From NCBI GenBank assembly GCA_963778655.1, contig CAVZVA010000012.1, positions 1 to 64,000 of the forward strand: a stretch of 64,000 bases of DNA, written 5' to 3'. The notes beneath the pieces were generated by a model. The model ran no database searches. It had not been told where the DNA came from and was given only the letters and a program-made list of their open reading frames with translations. Positions 33,104-42,701 of the stretch are shown in pieces. Source of the stretch: an uncultured delta proteobacterium. GTDB lineage: Bacteria; Myxococcota_A; Polyangia; Polyangiales; JAFGIB01. Position 1 is the stretch's first letter, and each line of letters begins with the position of its first letter. Made by a program: the position numbers and the translations under genes.

Positions 33104-33370
33104 CGTAGCCTCCGAGGTCGTGCTGAATGACGTCGCGGTCGACGACGTGCGGGCCGATCTCGACCGGCAGCACGCGCCGTGGCTTGTTGCGGCGCTGCTC
33201 GCAGAGGATGGCCAGCGCGCCGAAGTCGTGGCCGCCCTTTGCCAATAGCTCGTCCACCGCGGCGGTGAGGACGCGCGCGCCGTAGAGGTCGAGCAGCTTG
33301 AGCGTGCGCACCACGAGCGAGCCGACGTTGCGGCCGTCCTCGAGCCAGCGGCGCATCAGCTCGTCCCCCA
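33087..33370 (-). pseudogene. istA: C-terminal remnant of a second IS21 IstA, cut at an end motif
   Basis: LLDLYG..HDLGGYD tail overlapping the istB start; replaced upstream by CATCAACCTGGGGCAGGTACCC. Confidence 0.65.
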
Positions 33371-33392
33371 CATCAACCTGGGGCAGGTACCC
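33371..33392 (-). repeat. Isolated HUH-element end motif at a gene-fragment junction
   Basis: Reverse complement of GGGTACCTGCCCCAGGTTGATG. Confidence 0.8.
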
Positions 33393-33942
33393 TACACGCG
33401 ACAGCAATGATGCGCTCGACCGCGAAGATCCGTGATGCGCTCCGCGCGCGGCACTTCGACTTTCCAACGGCCACGACGCCCGCCTCTTCGAGCCGAGCGA
33501 GCATCCCGTGAAGCCCCCGCTGAAACACCTCGCGCAGGAACGCGAGATCAAGCGCGCCGCTGGTCGAGAGGAGATGCAATAGCCGCAAGTCCATCGCTCG
33601 CAGGCGCTCGCGTTCTGCGCTCCAACTCCGCGCGATCTCGCTGCGCCAAACCACCGCCACGAGGTCCGGAAATCCTGTCTCGATCGCAGGCTGCGCGAAC
33701 ACGGTGAGGCTTCGCCCAGGTGCGAGCCGTGTCTTCGCTGCTTCCAGGAACGCTTCGACGAGGACCTGCTCCGGGCCAGCCATTGCGCCACGGAATCGAA
33801 GTCCGAGGCCGCCCCCGCACATCACCCGGTCGAGAGATGCGCCCACGAGGCAGTTCGACCATGAGGCATCGTTTCCTGCACGCCGTGCCTTCCGCGCGCT
33901 CGCACCTCGAGCAGAATCGACATCGACAGCCGTGCCCATCAT
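33393..33942 (-). pseudogene. 3'-truncated putative PD-(D/E)XK nuclease/winged-helix protein coupled to hsdR
   Basis: ATGA overlap with hsdR stop; GFPDLVAV and ERIIAV.. cut where an ExK motif would be expected. Confidence 0.45.
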
Positions 33943-34972
33943 GCGGCCTTCCGCTTGGGGAAGAGCCCGCTGGTGCTCTGCTGCCAGATGTGGCGGTACG
34001 CGCGCTTCGCAGCAGCCTCTTTCTCCTCGGCTGTGAAGGGGGGCGTCGGCAAGGCCTGGAACACGTGATCGAGGATGAAGACCTCGACCTCTGCCTGGGT
34101 CTGTTCCTTCTGCGTCCACTTATCGAGCGGAGCGATGAGCCGCTGGAGCTCCGCGAGCAGACTTCGACTCGCGAGCTTGAGCTTCTCGCGTTCGGTCTTG
34201 CTCAAGTTCTCCTTCTTCAGCAGGTCGAAGAGCGCGAGTTCTTCTTCTTCGAGACCCTCTTCAACAGCGCGTTGCTGCTCCTCATCCAGGCTCTTGGCGA
34301 GTTCGATGAGCTTCGCGAATGTGTCTTCGATCGTGACGCGGTCCTTCTCTCGGTTGTAGTCCGCGACGATTTCCGCGTACTTCCGGTAGTAGTCCATCCG
34401 GAGCGGATTCTGCTGGAGCATCAGGGCGAGCTTCTTCTCGACCAACTCCCGGACGTCCTGTAGCGCGCTCGCCTTGCGCTTGACCTTCTTCGCGAACTCG
34501 TCCCGGAGCTTTTCCAGGTCGATCTGACTGAGATCGAAGAGCTTGGACTCGGTCTGGTCGTCGCCCGGGTTCTGCGCCCGGATCGCGTCGTTCACGATTC
34601 GGTGCAGCTCCTTCAGCACCGCGGTCACGTCCGCAGTGTCGCGCCGCTCCGTCAGCTTCTTGTAGATGGCCTCGATGTTGTCGTGGCGCTCAGCGTACGC
34701 AAAGACGGAGGGCTCCATGATGAGTGCCTTGAACCGGATGAAGACCTGGCGACCGAGGATCTCGAACCGTCGCTTGGCGTCGTCCGTCGCGTACACGGCG
34801 TCCACGGCGTCGGCGAGGGCCTGGATGCGCGTGAACCCCTTCGCGCCCTGCAAGCGTGCGGTGTCGAAACCGAGCCCAAGGAGGTGCTTCTCGGTCTCTT
34901 CGATGGCATCGAGGAGAGCCTGCACACGCTCCTCGATAGGAGCCACGATTTCCTCGTCCCCACCCGCACCGT
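33939..34972 (-). pseudogene. hsdR: Type I restriction enzyme R subunit C-terminal region (DUF3387-like), 5'-truncated
   Basis: NPLRMDYYRKYAEIVADYN, EEQQRAVEEGLEEEELALFDLL pattern; no helicase motifs; cut by the oriIS-like copy. Confidence 0.7.
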
Positions 34973-35064
34973 CCGCCGCGCGGCGCCGTTTCGCAAATCC
35001 AGGAATATGTCAACTTCGCTGAAGCGCCAAAGCCGGACTGGAGGTCTTAATGCTTCCTAGCGTC
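34973..35064 (+). mobile_element. Orphan second copy of the oriIS-like end
   Basis: 92 bp, one mismatch to 25399-25490, ending at the same base. Confidence 0.75.
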
Positions 35065-35142
35065 CGGCTCGCCGCTGCCGCCGGAAGCGAGGACTTCCGC
35101 TCGGACGTGCGGCAGCAGGTGCCGCAGCATCAAGTCCCGCGC

Positions 35143-36397
35143 GGAGACCCTGTCCCAGGTTGACGGGAGGGGGAGGAGGGCCGTGCGGAGGGTGGGGGCG
35201 CTTCGGAGGAGGATCGGGCGCCGACGCAGCTCGCTTGCGCGCCGTGGAGATGCAAAATCGGGGCGCGCCGTGCGGTGAAGATGCAATGCTGCAATTGGCG
35301 ATGCGCGCAGGACGGAGCTGTCCGTCCGCGCGCGCTGCGCGAGCCACGAGCGTCGGCGATGCGGCTGTGGCTATCCGGTGTCGAGCGGTGGGCAGGCGGT
35401 CTCGAGCGGGGCGCAGGCTACGCGTGCGAAGCGTGCGAGCCAGAAGGTGCCGGCGGGGAACACGCAGGCCAGGCCGTGACGCCACTTGTGCAGGGCCTCA
35501 CGGTAGGCGGAGCGGAACGCGTTCAGGATGGCGCGGCCTCGGCGTTGGCCTTCGGCGGTTCCGGCGGCGAAGGCGGGGTTGAGCTTGCCCTTGCGACGTG
35601 GGGTCTTGGGAGCATCGAACGGGTTGAGCTTCTCCAGTCGCTTGGTGCCCCAAAACGTCTTGCCGTCGCGGGCGGTCTGGACGCGGATCGCGCGCTGGCG
35701 CTCGGCGATCAGCGCTTCCATGTCGGCGACCACGTGCTGCGGGTCGCGGTCGGCGAGCGCCGGCGGCAGCGTGTAGCGCACCGGCACCTCGGCCCAGCGC
35801 TTGTCCTTCTGCCCGAAGTGAAACTCGGGCCGCTTGACGGTAGCCGGCGCAGCAAGCCAATCCGCCGGGGTCGAGCGCACGCCGTGCCAGTCGCGGAAGT
35901 CGCGCACCAGCAATGCCTGCACCACGTTGACGAACAGATAGCCGCACTTGTCGATCACGGCCTCGCGGTCGTGGAGCGTGACGGACGAGTAGGGGTCATC
36001 GGACCAGAAGGCCTCGGAGCGGTCGTAGAGCTCGTTCATGCACTTGGCGAGCTCGCGGTTGACCCAGGCCATGAAGCCGGGCAGCTCGCCGCGGGGGTCG
36101 GTGAGGACGGCGTGGTAGTGGTTGTCGAGCACCTGCAGGGCGTGCATCGAGACGCCGTAGACCTCGGCGGCGCGGTGGAAGCAATACAGCGCGGCCTGCC
36201 GGGACTGGGCCGTGGGCTTGAGCAGGAACTGTCGCTGGCTGACGCGGCGGGTGACGAGATAGGTGGTCTGCGGCAAGACCTGTCGGGGCAGGGTCACGCA
36301 CGCGGTATCGGCCGGGACGGCCGCCGGTTGCGCACCTTCGTCCGCACCTTCGTAAACCTGGGATGAACGACCCCGGGATGAACGACCCCGGGATGAA
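35143..36397 (-). mobile_element. Full Y1-HUH element copy 1 with inverted end motifs
   Basis: TCCCAGGTTGACG at the left versus CGTAAACCTGGGA at the right; 15-bp GGGATGAACGACCCC tandem beyond the right end. Confidence 0.7.
35371..36297 (-). CDS. Y1 HUH endonuclease/transposase (RAYT / IS200-IS605 TnpA superfamily), 308 aa
   Basis: YLVTRR..QFLL, HUH motif DNHYH, FW..PYSS, catalytic-Tyr helix YLFVNVV..W; GTG start inferred. Confidence 0.8.
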   Translation of the reverse strand: MTLPRQVLPQTTYLVTRRVSQRQFLLKPTAQSRQAALYCFHRAAEVYGVSMHALQVLDNHYHAVLTDPRGELPGFMAWVNRELAKCMNELYDRSEAFWSDDPYSSVTLHDREAVIDKCGYLFVNVVQALLVRDFRDWHGVRSTPADWLAAPATVKRPEFHFGQKDKRWAEVPVRYTLPPALADRDPQHVVADMEALIAERQRAIRVQTARDGKTFWGTKRLEKLNPFDAPKTPRRKGKLNPAFAAGTAEGQRRGRAILNAFRSAYREALHKWRHGLACVFPAGTFWLARFARVACAPLETACPPLDTG

Positions 36398-36741
36398 TAA
36401 CCCGCCGATACGTCCTTCTGCCAATATGCGGGTGAGATCATCGACCTCAGCTGCACCCAGGGATGGCTCGGCAGCCACAGGTTTGCCCTAAAGCGTGCGA
36501 CCGCAAATGTTGCGTGCCGTGCGCCAGGGTGTGCCAGCGCCTCCGAGCACGGCGCCCTGCGCGGCCGGGCGTCGCGCGTTGTCCGCCGCGGCACGCGTGT
36601 TGCCCTCTGTGGGACCTGAGCGCGGTCTCCGCTCCGCGTGTCCGTCGCGCGGCGTGCGCGTCGCGGTGCTCGGGCGCGAGCACCGCTCGCAACGAGAGCA
36701 CCGGCAGCGAGTGCAGGTGGTTCCGGGCATTCATCAGGGCT

Positions 36742-36757
36742 CGGCACGGTGCTTGCT
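36742..36757 (+). promoter_or_regulatory. sigma54 promoter
   Basis: CGGCACG-GTGC-TTGCT 13 bp before ATG 36771. Confidence 0.6.
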
Positions 36758-36770
36758 CTATCGTCAATAC

Positions 36771-37265
36771 ATGACTCGCTCGTTCTCTCGGTCCGAAGGG
36801 TGCTTCGTGGTCTTGATCGGATGTCTGGCCGGCTGCCAAGGCAGCATGGCGTCGCAGCCCGCCCCAGCGAACGCCTCCGGCGGCAGCAGGGGCACGACGC
36901 CGGTTGACGACGTCAACGGGGGCGGCGCTGCGTCGCAGCTTGGCACGGGTGGCGCTGCACCGGGGTCCGGCACGGGCGGATGCCTCGCCATCGGATACCC
37001 TCCTGCGTGCGAGTACGCTTCCCCCTCCGAGTGCCCGAAGGGTGCCCATTGTTACGGCCTCGGGGTCTGCGGCGGTGGCACGGTCTGGTGCTGCGATACG
37101 CCGCCCAGCTGTGGGGCCGACGTGCAACTGGCCGCGAACCAGGCATGCCCATCCGGCGGGGATTGTTACACGCTGTCGCAATGCGAGATCGAGGTCACGT
37201 GCTTTCGGTTCTCCGCCGAGCGCGATGCGGGCACCGGAAGTGCGGACGACGACGGGGGCACGTGA
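36771..37265 (+). CDS. Small Cys-rich lipoprotein
   Basis: CLAGC lipobox, Gly/Ser linker, Cys-rich C-terminal domain. Confidence 0.65.
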   Translation: MTRSFSRSEGCFVVLIGCLAGCQGSMASQPAPANASGGSRGTTPVDDVNGGGAASQLGTGGAAPGSGTGGCLAIGYPPACEYASPSECPKGAHCYGLGVCGGGTVWCCDTPPSCGADVQLAANQACPSGGDCYTLSQCEIEVTCFRFSAERDAGTGSADDDGGT

Positions 37266-37340
37266 GACAATCGATGAGAGCAGGGCGTGGACGCGGGTCT
37301 CTGCCCTCGCGCCAGGTAGACCATCCCCATGCCGCCGCAC

Positions 37341-38260
37341 GGAGATCTTGTCCCAGGTTGATCAGAGGGGGAGGAGGGCGGCGCGGAGGGTGGAGGCGCT
37401 TCAGAGGGGGATCGGGCGCCGATCCAGCGGGAGACCCTGTCCCCGGGAGACCCTGTCCCAGGTTGACGAGAGGGGGAGGAGGGCCGTGCGGAGGGTGGAG
37501 GCGCTTCAGAGGGGGATCGGGCGCCAATCCAGCGCGCTGGCGGGCCGTGGCAGATGCAAAATCGGCGCAGGTCGTGCCGTGAAAGCGCAATGCTGCAATT
37601 GGCGACGCGCGCAGGACGGAGCTGTCCGTCCGCGCGCGCTGCGCGAGCCACGAGCGTCGGCGATGCGGCTGTGGCTATCCGGTGTCGAGCGGTGGGCAGG
37701 CGGTGTCGAGCGGGGCGCAGGCTACGCGTGCGAAGCGGGAGACCCTGTCCCAGGTTGACGAGAGGGGGAGGAGGGCCGTGCGGAGGGTGGAGGCGCTTCA
37801 GAGGGGGATCGGGCGCCGATCCAGCGCGCTGGCGGGCCGTGGCAGATGCAAAATCGGCGCAGGTCGTGCCGTGAAAGCGCAATGCTGCAATTGGCGATGC
37901 GCGCAGGACGGAGCTGTCCGTCCGCGCGCGCTGCGCGAGCCACGAGCGTCGGCGATGCGGCTGTGGCTATCCGGTGTCGAGCGGTGGGCAGGCGGTCTCG
38001 AGCGGGGCGCAGGCTACGCGTGCGAAGCGTGCGAGCCAGAAGGTGCCGGCGGGGAACACGCAGGCCAGGCCGTGACGCCACTTGTGCAGGGCCTCACGGT
38101 AGGCGGAGCGGAACGCGTTCAGGATGGCGCGGCCTCGGCGCTGGCCTTCGGCGGTTCCGGCGGCGAAGGTGGGGTTGAGCTTGCCCTTGCGACGCGGGGT
38201 CTTGGGGACGTCGAAGGCGCACGGGTACCTGCCCCAGGTTGATGCGTAAGGGAGGACGGC
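37341..38260 (-). mobile_element. Stack of four truncated HUH-element copies, each starting at the end motif
   Basis: End motifs at 37341, 37430/37446, 37738 and 38223; the 37738 copy reaches the transposase C-terminus (..FDVPKTPRRKGKLNP). Confidence 0.8.
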
Positions 38261-38308
38261 GGGCGAATTCTTACGATCCTGCCTATGAATGCTTCTGAGA
38301 GCCCACAC

Positions 38309-38356
38309 CGATCGTCTGATTATACGCTGAAAGTGTGGGACGCGCAGACGGGCGCT
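38309..38356 (+). pseudogene. WD40-repeat fragment
   Basis: SSDYTLKVWDAQTG, isolated. Confidence 0.45.
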
Positions 38357-38534
38357 CGGCTATCGTCTTGCGCTCGGCTCGCGTCGGCGCGACGATTTTC
38401 TTGCTTGGCGCTCGCGAGTCCCGGAGCCCACAGGTTGTGCAAGGGGGCCCTTGCTGCCCAACCAGAGCGAAGAGGGCAGATCGTCGTGCCGGCGGCGCCG
38501 AGCCCGGTCCCTTTGGCACTCGTGAGAGTCTTCT

Positions 38535-39227
38535 ATGAGAACGAAACGCCTTCTACTCAGCTCGGTTCTTCTCGCCGCATGTGGAGCCTCGGCCTCAGGT
38601 CGCTGCCGAATGAGCGCAGCCTTTCAGCAGAACCCCTACTTGCGAGAGATGCAGCTCAACAGATGTCAAGAGATCGAGAACCTAGAGTATCTGGAACACG
38701 CTCGCCAAGACGAGCACCGGCGCGAGGACGACCGAGAGCAGGTGCGCCAAGCGACTGAACTAGAAAGGGCCCGTGGTGCGGCGGATCGTGAGTCCCAGGA
38801 ATCCCGGCGCGCCGTTCGCTCAGCGCCACGATCACCCGAGCTCGGCGCCACCCCCGCAGAGTCCGACGCGCTATGCGCACGCCAGGGCGGTCATCAGACC
38901 ACCGAAACGCGAGGGGACGGCGTTCTTTTTGTCTGCGGCGTCGGAGCGACACCGATCTATACAGCGCACTTGCCGCCTGGGTCGGAGGTGTTTGATGCCG
39001 TGATGACCCTCTACGAGGGCGCAGACATCGCACAGATGCGCACTATTCTGGAGCAGAAATTGGGAGCGGCTGATTTCGTTGCTGTCGAGGGAGGCTTTCG
39101 CGTCTGGAGGTGGGAGCGGATCACTCCGCGCACGAAGCTCGCGACTTACGCGGGCGGCGTGTCACTCACGGTCTCCGTCGTTGGACCCACTCAAACAACC
39201 TCCGCCGGCGAGGGGGCGCCCAACTAA
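38535..39227 (+). CDS. Hypothetical lipoprotein
   Basis: MRTKRLLLSSVLLAAC lipobox; stop lies 6 bp before an end motif. Confidence 0.65.
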   Translation: MRTKRLLLSSVLLAACGASASGRCRMSAAFQQNPYLREMQLNRCQEIENLEYLEHARQDEHRREDDREQVRQATELERARGAADRESQESRRAVRSAPRSPELGATPAESDALCARQGGHQTTETRGDGVLFVCGVGATPIYTAHLPPGSEVFDAVMTLYEGADIAQMRTILEQKLGAADFVAVEGGFRVWRWERITPRTKLATYAGGVSLTVSVVGPTQTTSAGEGAPN

Positions 39228-39233
39228 TCTTAT

Positions 39234-40472
39234 GGGTACCTGCCCCAGGTTGATGCGTGGGGGAGGACGGCCGGACAGACGCCGGGTGGGCGGCGGGACG
39301 TGCTTGGGCGCCGATCGGGCGCGGTCGCGGGTCCCGGAGGGTGCAGAATCGGCGCGCGCCGTGCAGTGAAAACGCAACGCTGCAATTGGCGACGCGCGTA
39401 GGACGGAGTTAACCATCCGCGCGCGCCGCGCGAGCATCGGGCGTCGGCGATGCAGGTGTGGCTAACTGCTGTCGAGAGCGGGGCAGGCGGTCTCGAGCGG
39501 GGCGCAGGCTACGCGTGCGAAGCGTGCGAGCCAGAAGGTGCCGGCGGGGAACACGCAGGCCAGGCCGTGACGCCACTTGTGCAGGGCCTCACGGTAGGCG
39601 GAGCGGAACGCGTTCAGGATGGCGCGGCCTCGGCGTTGGCCTTCGGCGGTGCCGGCGGCGAAGGTGGGGTTGAGCTTGCCCTTGGGGCGCGGCGTCTTGG
39701 GGGCGTCGAAGGGATTGAGCTTCTCCAGTCGCTTGGTGCCCCAAAACGTCTTGCCGTCGCGGGCGGTCTGGACGCGGATCGCGCGCTGGCGCTCGGCGAT
39801 CAGCGCTTCCATGTCGGCGACCACGTGCTGCGGGTCGCGGTCGGCGAGCGCCGGCGGCAGCGTGTAGCGCACCGGCACCTCGGCCCAGCGCTTGTCCTTC
39901 TGCCCGAAGTGAAACTCGGGCCGCTTGACGGTAGCCGGCGCAGCAAGCCAATCCGCCGGGGTCGAGCGCACGCCGTGCCAGTCGCGGAAGTCGCGCACCA
40001 GCAATGCCTGCACCACGTTGACGAACAGATAGCCGCACTTGTCGATCACGGCCTCGCGGTCGTGGAGCGTGACGGACGAGTAGGGGTCATCGGACCAGAA
40101 GGCCTCGGAGCGGTCGTAGAGCTCGTTCATGCACTTGGCGAGCTCGCGGTTGACCCAGGCCATGAAGCCGGGCAGCTCGCCGCGGGGGTCGGTGAGGACG
40201 GCGTGGTAGTGGTTGTCGAGCACCTGCAGGGCGTGCATCGAGACGCCGTAGACCTCGGCGGCGCGGTGGAAGCAATACAGCGCGGCCTGCCGGGACTGGG
40301 CCGTGGGCTTGAGCAGGAACTGTCGCTGGCTCACGCGGCGGGTGACGAGGTAGGTGGTCTGCGGCAAGACCTGTCGGGGCAGGGTCACCCACGCGGTATC
40401 GGCCGCCGCAGCCGGCAGTTGCGCCCGTTGGTCAACCTGGGATGGACGACCCGGGATGGGCGACCCCGACCC
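39234..40472 (-). mobile_element. Full Y1-HUH element copy 2 with inverted end motifs
   Basis: GGGTACCTGCCCCAGGTTGA ... GTCAACCTGGGATGGACGACCC; non-coding tail diverged from copy 1. Confidence 0.7.
39462..40388 (-). CDS. Y1 HUH endonuclease/transposase copy 2, 308 aa
   Basis: Near-identical to 35371-36297; differences limited to a few C-terminal residues. Confidence 0.8.
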   Translation of the reverse strand: MTLPRQVLPQTTYLVTRRVSQRQFLLKPTAQSRQAALYCFHRAAEVYGVSMHALQVLDNHYHAVLTDPRGELPGFMAWVNRELAKCMNELYDRSEAFWSDDPYSSVTLHDREAVIDKCGYLFVNVVQALLVRDFRDWHGVRSTPADWLAAPATVKRPEFHFGQKDKRWAEVPVRYTLPPALADRDPQHVVADMEALIAERQRAIRVQTARDGKTFWGTKRLEKLNPFDAPKTPRPKGKLNPTFAAGTAEGQRRGRAILNAFRSAYREALHKWRHGLACVFPAGTFWLARFARVACAPLETACPALDSS

Positions 40473-40563
40473 CGCAAGCAGGCCCGGGTTCATGCCCCCG
40501 AGCGAGCAATCTAGTATCGGTGCTTGCCCGCGAGCAACTGCCCGCAGTGAGCAGTCGATGCGC

Positions 40564-40722
40564 GGGGGACCCTGCCCAGCGAGGGTACCTGCCCGGGGTT
40601 GATGCGTGGGGGAGGACGGCGGCAGAGACGTCAGACGGGAGGGGGGTACCTGCCCGGGGTTGATGCGTGGGGCTGGTGCAACCTGGGACAGGCGCTTGGA
40701 CCGGGACAGGTGCTTGGACCTC
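40564..40722. repeat. Cluster of end motifs including a minimal inverted doublet (REPIN-like)
   Basis: GGGTACCTGCCCGGGGTTGA at 40583 and 40644; inverted CAACCTGGGACAGG at 40679; tandem GGGACAGGYGCTTGGACC. Confidence 0.7.
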
Positions 40723-40881
40723 GGTCACGGCAACAACCTGTATCTGGTACGTCTTCACTACGTGCCACCGCACGCAACGGCGAAGGCATGCCGCGGGAGC
40801 TCACCGGCGACGCTATCTTCGCGCGCAAGAACGCGGCTCGCTCCAACACGTTGACTCCCAAGCTGGCTGCACTGTGCTAGA

Positions 40882-41130
40882 GTGCCCCCATACGTGGACC
40901 GCGAGCTGACCATCCGCATGGCACGCACCTTCGACGAGGCCGACCGGCTTGATCGACAGGACCTCGCGCGGCTGACGGCAGCTGAGCGCGTCCTTGCTGC
41001 CATCGAGATCTGCACCGGAGCTTATGGGCGCAAGGCTTCCCCCCGACTGGCGCGAGTTCTTCGCCGAGCTGACGGCCCACGAGGTGCAGTTCGTGGTGAT
41101 CGGCGCGCTCGCCGTCGCCGCTCACGCTGA
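40882..41130 (+). CDS. Small partner protein overlapping a nucleotidyltransferase gene
   Basis: TFDEADRLD..LTAAERV pattern; overlaps the downstream gene; start uncertain. Confidence 0.5.
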   Translation: MPPYVDRELTIRMARTFDEADRLDRQDLARLTAAERVLAAIEICTGAYGRKASPRLARVLRRADGPRGAVRGDRRARRRRSR

Positions 41131-41521
41131 GCCGCGGTTCTCCGAAGACCTCGACATCTTCGCGCGGCCCTCGGCGACGAACGCGAAGAAGCTGCGCGCG
41201 GCGTTGATCGCGTTCGGCTTCGGTGATGCCGTTCCCACTGCCCGGGAGCTGGCGAAAGCCGGCCCGATCTGGATGCTCGGGCGCAAGCCCTTGCGCATCG
41301 ACATCCTCACACGGATCAGCGGTGTATCGTGGGAGCGGGCGTGGGCCGGCCGTGTGACGGTGGACCTCGACGGCTTGTCGCTGCCGGTGCTCGGCCGCGC
41401 CGAGCTGATCACCAACAAGCGGGCGTCGGGCCGACCCAAGGACCTGCGCGATCTCGAGGTCCTCGAACGCGGTGGCACCCGCCCGACAAAGGCCAAGCGA
41501 CGCTCTAAGCGCGGCCGGTAG
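41024..41521 (+). CDS. Pol-beta-superfamily nucleotidyltransferase (DUF6036-like)
   Basis: VVIGALAVAAH..PRFSEDLDIF, RIDIL, NKRASGRPKDLRDL. Confidence 0.75.
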   Translation: MGARLPPDWREFFAELTAHEVQFVVIGALAVAAHAEPRFSEDLDIFARPSATNAKKLRAALIAFGFGDAVPTARELAKAGPIWMLGRKPLRIDILTRISGVSWERAWAGRVTVDLDGLSLPVLGRAELITNKRASGRPKDLRDLEVLERGGTRPTKAKRRSKRGR

Positions 41522-41760
41522 CGTGTCGATGCCGGCGTTCAGTCGGCTACCACTTGGGCGCGTCGATCAGGTTGCGTGTCGCGCAGGTCGGGGACTTCGG
41601 CATGCTGACGGAGCTCGGCGTGCTCGCCCATCACTTCAGTCATCCGGTCAAGCTCGACGCCGCTTCGCGCTTCGTCGGCATCGGTGCTCTGGAGCCAAAG
41701 ACGCACATCGACGTTTCCCTGCTGCAGGGCGTGCTCAGTTTGGCGCGTACTACTGAGGCG

Positions 41761-41842
41761 GTCCCCGGGCTGTCCCCGGCGGGGAGTCCCTGTCCCAGGT
41801 TGACGAGTGGGGTGTGCCGTGCGCTCTGGTCAACCCGGGGAC
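41761..41842. repeat. Minimal inverted end-motif doublet preceded by partial end repeats
   Basis: GTCCCAGGTTGAC-24 nt-GTCAACCCGGGGAC. Confidence 0.7.
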
Positions 41843-41949
41843 GCACAACCCCGATCGGGCCATCGAGGCGCTCGGCGACGCCGCGCAGGGCCGCGCCAAA
41901 CGCGCCAAACGCAAGCTCGTCATCCGAGTAAAGTGATAGCCTGCGCGGA

Positions 41950-42693
41950 ATGGCTGAACGTCACATCGTAGGCATGGGCGGCGGCGGCTTCCACATGGAG
42001 CCTGAAAACCCGCTGCTCGACGACTTCGTGCTGAGCTTGTCTCGGCGTAGTCCTGCGCGCATCTGCTTGGTGCCGACCGCGAGCGGCGATAACCGCGAGC
42101 TGATCATACGCTTCTATCGCGCCTTCAGCGGGCGCGCGATTCCCACTGATCTCACGCTGATCGGCTCGCCGCAGCTGTCGACGAATCCGCCGCGATCGAG
42201 TCAGCTCGAGAGCTTCGTGCTGGAGCAAGACATCATCTACGCGAGCGGCGGCACCGCGGTAAACATGCTCGCCCTGTGGCGTGCACATGGGCTCGACAAG
42301 GTGTTGCGAAAAGCGTGGGAGCAAGGCGTCGTGATGGCCGGCATGAGCGCGGGGCTCATCTGCTGGTTCGAGGAATTCATCGATGCATCGATGACGGGCA
42401 AGCCGACGCGCATGCGCGACGGGCTCGGCATCTTGAAAGGTAGCGCGTCGCCTCACTTCAACCACGCACCCGAGCAGCACGCTGGCTATCGCAGCATGGT
42501 CGAGCAAGGCCTCGCCGAAGGTTATGGCGTCGACGATGGCGCCGCGCTGCACTTCAAAGGCACGGAGCTCGCCGAGGCGGTCTGCTCGCGGCCCGACGCT
42601 GCTGCCTATCGCATCGCGCGCGGGGCCGATGGCAAAGTCGGCGAAGAAAAGCTGCCGACCCGCTTTCTCGGCGCACGCTCATTGCACGGCTGA
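41950..42693 (+). CDS. Peptidase E (S51 family)
   Basis: VPTASGD, ASGGT, GMSAG nucleophile, SPHF. Confidence 0.85.
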   Translation: MAERHIVGMGGGGFHMEPENPLLDDFVLSLSRRSPARICLVPTASGDNRELIIRFYRAFSGRAIPTDLTLIGSPQLSTNPPRSSQLESFVLEQDIIYASGGTAVNMLALWRAHGLDKVLRKAWEQGVVMAGMSAGLICWFEEFIDASMTGKPTRMRDGLGILKGSASPHFNHAPEQHAGYRSMVEQGLAEGYGVDDGAALHFKGTELAEAVCSRPDAAAYRIARGADGKVGEEKLPTRFLGARSLHG

Positions 42694-42701
42694 AGCAGCG
42701 C

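Noticed and set aside
25491..33370. One IS21 element split by an insertion
   Set aside because: On the minus strand istB lies upstream of the istA N-terminal piece and beyond its left end, so these are two separate elements.
35065..36500. TnpB/IscB RNA-guided nuclease accompanying the Y1 transposase
   Set aside because: No RuvC or zinc-finger ORF lies within or beside either element.
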